Assembly: GCA_964016885.1 (NCBI GenBank)
Contig: OZ024740.1
Span: forward strand, 384,152,001 to 384,216,000
Source: Eledone cirrhosa
Lineage: Eukaryota
Length of the DNA: 64,000 nucleotides
Reading direction: 5' to 3'
Both the position numbers and the translations under genes were made by a program. The notes under the pieces were generated by a model. That model worked only from the letters and a program-made list of their open reading frames with translations. It was not told the DNA's origin and did no database searches. Position 1 is the stretch's first letter; every line of letters begins with the position of its first letter. This document shows positions 56,181 to 64,000 of this stretch, piece after piece.

Positions 56181-59100
56181 CTAGCAGAAGTACCCGGCGT
56201 TGCCCGGCTGTAAGTCGACCTTTGCTCTGTTGTTAAAATGTGTGAAAGTTACTTCCCGCGCATCACAGGTGCAAAAACCTTCGAACCTCAAGGAAAAACA
56301 GAGAGGTTAGTAGACGCAGGTGTGTAATTGAGCATACATAATGGATCAATTGTAGGTTCACAGTGTATCGTTGAAATTGTTCTTTGCACGACTGACTGAA
56401 GTCAAATTCAATTGAAATTGAATTTTCAGTTGATTTTTAAAGCAGGGTGAAAAAGTCGATTTTTTTCAGTTTTTTTTTTTTTTACAATTTTCGCGCTCAC
56501 ATGTGCAGAAGAAGAAATAAAAGGGACTTTTTTTGAACCGCGGCATAATGGCGAGTCTTTTGCGACAGTCTTCAAGAAAATCCGACGTGCCTGTAAAAAG
56601 TGTTCCCGTGTGCAACTTTGCCTTGTTTTTTGCGCTTCAATTTTATTGATGTTCAATTTTATTGATTTTATTGATGTTTTACATGAATGCGTGACCTCTG
56701 AAGTAGATTTGAGTAGCTAAAAACCTGTCCCGGAAAATTTGCTATAGGTGAAAAAAAGTTGATCAAAATTGTGTCTAGGGTTATTGCCCTTTGCAACAGC
56801 CTCAGCGTGTCTTCAAGTATGGTTTGTTAATTTGTTGTGGAACTAAATCGACTTTCGCAAAATCGAACCGAGGAAACAATGTTTCCATTTGTCTTTCTAG
56901 CTGGTGTACTCGGTTACACTCGGAGTTATAAGGCACTGGATTTAAACGGGTCTGCGCTAAATTCCAGCTGGATGCTTTAACCGAAATAAATGAAGAACAA
57001 ACATTTCTTTTTGTGCTCCAATCTGTGATATTGGTATTTTGAAAAAATAGTCCACAAACATCCATGGAGCATGTGTAATGCATGTATCAGGTTGTGAGAA
57101 AAAGTGTTTTCGATTCTCCATTCATAAGGGGTTGTATATATTGTTTTCCTTGTGATTCGCGTCTAGCTTACAAAGTGAAGTTAGATGATTGTAGTCGGTG
57201 TTGTATCAATAAAAAATAAAAGCATACAGAAGACTGAACACTTACGAATTAAGTGAAACTCACGTTGATATTCCTATCGGAGCAACATGTGCCGAAAGAC
57301 CTAACGGACTGATGTGTCAATATTGAAATCGTAGAAATTGCGAATCCCGACCTATAAGATGTAATTGATAGGCCATGTTGACCATTAATTTAAATTGACT
57401 TACGCAGCATCATCGTCCGGTTTTGTTGTTTATAGCCTAGAATGAGGGTCGGTTAAACGCGGCAGAAAAATAAGCAATGCTGATGATGTTTAGGGGCGTC
57501 GCAGGGAATAGATGCGGCATTGTGAGTCAATTGTGAGGACAGTGGAAGACACGCTGATCGCTTGAGAAGACACGATGCTACACAGGATGCTTCTCGGCCA
57601 TAATTGACAGAAAGGCATGTCACGAGAAATGAAAGGAATTGCTATTAATCCTTTGCTTGGAACATGTAATTAAAAAGATTATACCATTGACTATCGTGCA
57701 CGTTGGTATTGTGTTTAAACTGCAAAAATCGGTGGTCAAATGGAGAAACAATAAGCCATGCTGATGACGTTTAAGCGAGTGGCAAGGAATTGATGCGGCA
57801 TAGATAGCCATGGGAGTCTTGAAGGAGCACGGCAGTCAGGCAAAAGAAAGGGCCGAGGAGAGGATGCTGGCTGACAATGCATGGATGCGGCATCCTGAGG
57901 CATGACGATGCAGTGGGACGACCCGCCAGCAGGCAAGGATGAGGGCAGGGGTGGCCGGTGGCAAGGATGCCGCATGGTGAGCCATGGCAGTCTTGAAGGA
58001 GCACTGCGGGCAGGAAAAAGAAAGGGAGGAGGAGAGGATGGCGGCTGACAGAGTATTAATGCGGCATCGTGATGCATGATGATGCAGTGGGACGACGGCG
58101 TGTAGGGAACGGAGAGGGCAGGGATTGAAGGTGACAGGGATGCGACTTGGTCCCTCAAGACTGCCATGCCTAGGCAGTGAAAAGGGTTGGGGAGTGGATG
58201 ACGGCTGACAGGGCAGGGATGCAAATGATTAGGCATTACGAAAGGGCATGGTGCATGGCGGATGACAGGGCGTAGATGCGGCATGCCAATTGAGTTGCAC
58301 CTCGGGAATGTAGAGAGCACCGAGAGGCACGATGATTGTTTGAGAAAACCGGGTGCAAGGCAGGATGTCTATCGGCCATACATGATCGGTAGGCTTTGGA
58401 GGAGAAAGGGATGAATTTTTGTTTAATTTTGTTAAATATGGTCAAAATGAATGTAAAAAGACTTACACAGGATCGTTTTCATGTTGGGTGCTGTCTTTGG
58501 TCTGAGATAATGGGCCGTTATGTGAGGCGCAGGAATAAACCATGCTGATGATATTTGAGCAAGTTGCTGACAGGGCAGGAATGCCGCATGGTGAGCCATG
58601 GCAGTCGGGTGGGACCAAGGCGTGCGGGCAAGGGAGAGGGCAGGGGTTGACGGTGGCAGGGATGCGGCTTGGTTAGGTATGGCAGTCTTGAAGGAGCACG
58701 TCAGGCAGGCAAAATAAAAGGCTGAGGAGGGGATAGCGGCTGACAGATCATGGATGTGGCATGGTGAGGCATAACGTTGCAGTGGGTCGACGGCGTGCAG
58801 GGAAGGGAGATAGCCGGGATTGACGGTTGCAGGGATTCCGTATGGTGATCCATGGCACTCGTGAAGGACCAAGGCGTGCTGGTAGGGAGAGGACAGGCGA
58901 GTGCATGGCGGCTGACAGAGCATGGATGCGGCATGGTGAGGCATGACGATGCAGTGGGACGACGGCGTGCAGGGAAGGCAGAGGGCAGGACTTGATGGTG
59001 GCAGGGATACGGCTTGGTTAGGCATGGCAGTCTTGAAGCTGCACGCCGGGCAGGCAAAAGAAAGGGCTGAGGAGGGGATAGTGGCCGACAGGGCAGTAAT

Positions 59101-59760
59101 GCGGCATGGTGAGGCATGACGATGCAGTGGAACGACGGCGTGCAGCGAAGTGAGAGGGCAGGGGTTGACGGTGGCAGGGATGCGGCTTGGTCAGGCATGA
59201 AAGTCTTGAGCTCTCCCGGAGTGAAGGCAATGGAAATGGGCAGGGGTGGACGGTGGCAGGAATTCGGCATGTTGAGCCGTGGCAGTCCTTAGGGACTACG
59301 GAGTCGCGACAAATGGAAGCAAGAAGAATGGCCTTTTTCGGTTGCCGGACTTTCGCCTCTGGGAGTCAGATTATTCAAGTACTCCACGTTGATCCCCGCA
59401 TCAAAATACATACCTACGTAAAATTTCATTGGAATCGGACACATTTTGTAAATATCGATTTTTGCCTCTGGTGATCGATTATCGAAAATTTAATGTATCC
59501 CACGTACAACTCGGATCAAAATACACCACACTTGCGTCGAGTTTCATTGAAATCGGACGATTTTTGAAAATATCTATTTTTGGCTTCTTATAGATTTTTG
59601 GACTCTTATCGATTTTTCGAAAAGTAGCCTATTCCAATAGCCTATTCCAATCTACGGGTGGAGTTTTATATATGTGTCAAGTTTCATGAAAATCGGATGA
59701 ACGGTGTAGTTCGGGACATCAAACAAACAAACAACGCCCAACTTCACTTTATATATAAGA
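56181..59760 (-). mobile_element. Non-autonomous Helitron (~3.6 kb)
   Basis: Minus strand A|TCTTATATATAAAG... 5' end. 3' GC hairpin CCGGGCAACGCCGG, ~10 nt, then CTAG|T. No TSD; inserted in (TA)n; (GTTT)n near the 5' end. Confidence 0.88.
57745..59290. repeat. GC-rich ~173-bp tandem satellite-like array within the Helitron
   Basis: GTCTTGA anchors at ~57817, 57990, 58685, 59030 and 59203. Recurrent GGATGCGGCATGGTGAGGCATG subrepeats. Confidence 0.8.
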
Positions 59761-59939
59761 TATATATATGTACATATTTGAATTTCGTATATCTAAAGAT
59801 ATACTGTATGTTTAATAAATAAACATTTTAAAGCCTCATATTTGAATAGAAGACTGGCGGCAGCATCGTCGAGCGGAGAACAGACGAAGGCTAAATCCTC
59901 TGTGTGGAGAGACCGGTGGATCCAATAAGGCAAATATGC

Positions 59940-60610
59940 ATGCATGTGTGTGTGTGTCGAGATTTGAGGGGTGTGGCGAAGGTGAATGCTTGTATTTGTG
60001 TGGTTTCAAGTAGTCCCAAGGCGAAAATCAAGTTCTGCTCTGTCTTGTTACGACTGTGGATACGTGATGTAAAAATAGCGGTGTTGAATAGAATGATTGG
60101 GCTAAGGGAAATGACGGGCATGTGTCCTTCTGTGTTCTGCGAATCGGTCCGCCAGACGGTGGACAGATTTCCGATGTATAAGGAGTGTAAACGGGATAGC
60201 GTACGGTATAGACAACGTTGAAGAGCATATGATGGAGTGACTGATGTGAAAAAATGTTTCATACCTGTGAGAGTGGTGAAGTAAGGTTGGTTCCTGGGGG
60301 ACGTTTATTGAGCTGAATTGAGAGCAGAAGCGGGAGACACGTGGAGTCCTAGAGGAGGAGAAAGAATAACTATGCATAAGAAAGTCAAGGAGATTACCAG
60401 CTCACGTAAAAGTGATGGGGTTGGTTTGGAAAGAAACTAGAGGCGACGGTGTCGAAAACGAGGTTTTGGAAGCAAAGAAGGATCGTCCTCAAAAGGGCAT
60501 GCTACTTGGTTGGGAGGCGAAGAAGGTTGCGGTGTTTGCTGATTAAGAGATATGTAGTGCTGTCAATTTCAGGAGTGAGTATGGCAGTTTACATCGGAGT
60601 TTTATCGGAA
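59940..60610 (-). pseudogene. Degenerate PLE GIY-YIG remnant
   Basis: SLYIG / HRLADRFAEHRR / RHF..PNHS / RNKTEQNLIFALG across frames; related to 45119-45693. Confidence 0.75.
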
Positions 60611-61599
60611 TTATCGTGTTTTCAAAGAAATTCTAGTGAAATGTAATTTCAGTTTTATATAGCAATCAAAATGTTTAGTGTTATTTACTATAATATCAAC
60701 TTTTAATACAATGCAGAAAGAAAGAATGGTAGTAGATCTAGCTTTTTATTAAATCGCATATTTGATTTAGCTCCCATCCCATTTTTTTTATGTTAAACAG
60801 CCTAGGTGTAGGTTTTGGCTACTTATTACATAGATAATCTCAGGTAATGGAGGCTTTTCCCCTTACTGTTTTATATATGTAGGAGCTCCCCTAATATAAT
60901 ATGCTGAACGCTCCCGCGAGGTAATTCTTTTCAGCTAAATTTGATATATTCATATTTCTGTATATGTACATACGTATGTATGTGTGTGTATGTATATATG
61001 TATGTATTTATGTATGTATGTACGCATGTATATATGTATGCATGCATACATTGTGAAAGCGCAATAATATATAAAATAGTAAATACATGAGCTTACGTGT
61101 GCAAGTTAATACGTATATATGCATGTGTCTGTGGATATTACAATTTCCTTCACAATACACGTCAAATATGGCATTGTCATATAATTATATTTCTTTGAAT
61201 TCTCTCTTAAATCTGAATTGTCCACATTTTATAACCCATTCTCCACTTTTTCAGAAGAAACTGTCTCTTCGGTCATTGCTTTGACGATGAAATAGCATGA
61301 GCATATTTTATCTGTTGTATATACATCTATTTTTTATATCTTGTGTCTTTGCATATTATTTTATTAGATTTTATATGATGTTATGTCTAGCTTTTTTTTA
61401 TTGGCGTATTTAAACTTATTTAGCCAAAAGTTATCAGTGTAATGATTTGTTATGCTATTATAAGTATTCATATTTATGTGAAATAGCTGTGTATGTTCAA
61501 ACTGGAGAAAAGGGAGACATCATGGCCCTCTCCACATTTTATGTAAATAATTCCTTTTTATATGTGTAAATTACTTTATTCATATCAATATGTATAACA

Positions 61600-62190
61600 A
61601 GAATTCTTATGGCTGTGTTCACGAGTGATGGAAGGCAGGAGGCTGATTTAAGTGCGAGTATTGCAGGAGCTGGTGGTGTAAGGTGCCAGCTTCTGTATTC
61701 TGTCATCAGAAGAAGGGAGATATAAAAGCCAAATTTGCTATCTTCAAATCGGTATTCGTGCCAGGCGTTACCTATGGTAATGTATTTTGTGTAATGACTG
61801 AAAGATAACAATCATCAATACACACACCAGAAGTGGAGTTCCTTTGGAGGGTCATTAGAGTAACGTTAATCGCTACAATGCGCAGCTCGGACATTAGCGA
61901 GTTGCTCCAGGTAAAGCCACTACTTATCCGAATTGAGAGATCACAGCTCCGATAATACAGGCATGTGTATAGAATGTCTCAGGAAAAAATCGCTAGGCAG
62001 ATTTTACGGAAAAAGAACAACTGGCAGGATATCAATGTGTAGACCTCAAGCAAATAAAGCTTGTCTCACTCAGACATAGCCGGATCAATTTGAGCTTGTT
62101 ACTTCTGTCAGGATGCAGAGGAAGGAGTATCTGAGGACTCTAGACCTACGACTTTCACCGGAATGTTCGTATATAAATGGACAGTGAGCA
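61600..62190 (+). mobile_element. RTE-clade LINE 3' fragment
   Basis: FTSDGRQEADL...KAKFAIFKSVFVPGVTYG..VMTER...EFLWRV...RSSDISELLQVKPLLIRIERSQLR*YRHVYRMSQE. Confidence 0.85.
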
Positions 62191-62331
62191 AGATTTGTGA
62201 TATTTTTACACAATTCTGAATTGAATTATGTAGAATCACAACCCTACCATATTATGTATTCATACACATTTTACGTATATCACAGTTAAATACATTCAAG
62301 TGACGTATGGTGCTTAACCCTTATTGAAGCG

Positions 62332-62552
62332 GGGGTGTAATAATTGTTTCTACTTTTGGCACAAGGCCAGCAATTATCCAGTGTATTACTGGTACTTTTA
62401 TTTCATCGACCCCATAAGGATGAAAGGCAAAGTTAACCTCGGCGGGATTTAAACTCAGAATGACAAGGGCCGTAACTCTATGCGTCAACGCATGGCGTCC
62501 GACCCTCTACCGATACTGCCAATCCACCGCCCTTAAACCGGGGTGTAATAAT
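62332..62552 (-). mobile_element. Full-length SINE with 13-bp TSD
   Basis: GGGGTGTAATAAT at 62332-62344 and 62540-62552. The head reads GGCGGTGGATTGGCAGTATCGGTAGAG on the minus strand. Confidence 0.9.
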
Positions 62553-62729
62553 GAGAACCATACACACACTCAAACACGGACAGACACGCACATATATATG
62601 CAAACGCACATACACATACATACATACATATATACATACAGAGATACATACACACATACATACATATATACATGCATACACACATACATACATACATACA
62701 TACATACATACATACATACATACATACAT

Positions 62730-63336
62730 GGTGGCTGCCAACTCGTTTTCGAGTACGGCCACTACTTTATATCCATGTAGGAGAACTCCTACCGATGCGC
62801 TGAATGAGTGTGAGTTCTTAGTCCAGCCAGCGACTTGAAAACTCTGGTACAAACACTACACTTGTGACAATTATTGACACATAGTGCTGGGCCCATGGAC
62901 CCATGTGACGACAAGTGCAGAGAGATCTCCAGATATAAAGCAATGCCTGTGCCGTGAAGCTTTAATAGTGAGCAAATGCACTGCACAAAGCCAGCCCCAC
63001 TCTCTTAACCAAGATGATATTTACCAAAAAGAAGAACAAGTCAACATCATTGGATACCACCAGGGTTGCAGGTGTTATATCGGAGTTTTCCTTCTCCTAG
63101 AATTTTGCCTTGACAATGGCTAAGGGGTCATCTCTCCCGGTGATTTTGGATGGCCATTGACTCTTAAGAGCTCCTTTGCCGTTTGACAGGTTTTGTTTTT
63201 ATTCCTGCAGGATGTCCAAAGACACCCTCCTCACCAAGAAACCTTGGTGGGGTTGCCAGTTTAGTCGCCAACGACCCGACCATGAGTCTGGTTGTACAGG
63301 GATACATGTTACCAGTAGCACCAACTGGTGACCTGA
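62730..63336 (-). mobile_element. ~600-bp RTE-derived short element (5' UTR-like region joined to the 3' end) within (CATA)n
   Basis: RTE 5'-UTR-like CTAGGAGAAGGAAAACTC, then a C-terminal zinc-finger-like CSVCTRVFKSLAGLRTHTHSAH* and a short 3' UTR. (TATG)n on both sides. Confidence 0.65.
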
Positions 63337-63398
63337 CATACATACATACATACATACATACATACATACATACATACATACATACATACATACATACA

Positions 63399-63432
<34 letters not shown>

Positions 63433-63559
63433 ATGGCGATCGTTGTAGTCAGTGTCCGATAATCGGACGTGTGTAATTACGGCTTACATGAAGGCAACAT
63501 AACATATATTGGAAAAAGTTGAGCTACATTACGCGGTAATAATTCTACAATAATTCTAC

Positions 63560-63890
63560 ATAAGTGTTTGAACTGTAAGTGTGTTGTAAAACACCTATTT
63601 ATATGAACGATAGATACACTTATGATATATGAACGATACATGCACTTTAACATGTAAATGCAACGTTGTTATATTACATTTATAAAGAAATATACAAGTA
63701 ACGTTTTCGATTCAGAAACAAAAACATAAGTGTTTGAACTGTGAATATGTTGTGAATAAGTTGTAGAACACCTATTTATATGAATGATACATAAACTTTA
63801 ACATATAAATACAGCGTTGTTATATTATATTACATTCATAAAGAAATATATTAAGTAACGGTTTTTTTGTTCTCGATTCAAACGATTCAA
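63560..63890. repeat. ~165-bp imperfect tandem duplication
   Basis: CATAAGTGTTTGAACTGT...ACACCTATTTATATGAA...CGTTGTTATATTA repeats at ~63560 and ~63725. Confidence 0.8.
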
Positions 63891-64000
63891 GAACAACGTT
63901 TAAAACACAGTTGTAGAATTAAAAACTAACTGAAAAGAAATATTACCCAAGCTGTGAATAACTTTAAATTTGATTCTGACAGAACTTTGTCGAAACTTTT

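Noticed and set aside
57736-59270. 190-aa Pro/Cys/His-rich ORFs
   Set aside because: They arise from the GC-rich tandem repeat inside the Helitron and show no Rep/helicase motifs.

Overview
AT-rich, microsatellite-dense eukaryotic DNA with no intact host gene that I can support. Almost all long ORFs in the track are translations of (CA)n/(TA)n/(CATA)n tracts. The repeat complement (a tRNA-derived SINE with a CCTTTCATCCTTACGGGGTCGATAAAATAAAGTACCAG core, RTE and Tx1 LINE fragments, Tc1/mariner, a Helitron) resembles a cephalopod/octopus genome; this is an inference. The dominant signal is an unusually dense set of Penelope-like retroelements (PLEs), mostly at microsatellites. They include four or five GIY-YIG endonuclease remnants, an ORF N-terminus running off the left edge, six inverted (fold-back) terminal-repeat structures including a ~3.3 kb near-perfect palindrome, and more than a dozen hammerhead-ribozyme (HHR) motifs read by eye. 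The HHRs include U3-A8 covariant cores, minimal palindromic-stem-III forms, forms with 50-100 nt domain II inserts, and half-ribozymes truncated or folded back in stem II. All folds and family calls were made by manual inspection and are untested; boundaries of degenerate elements are approximate.
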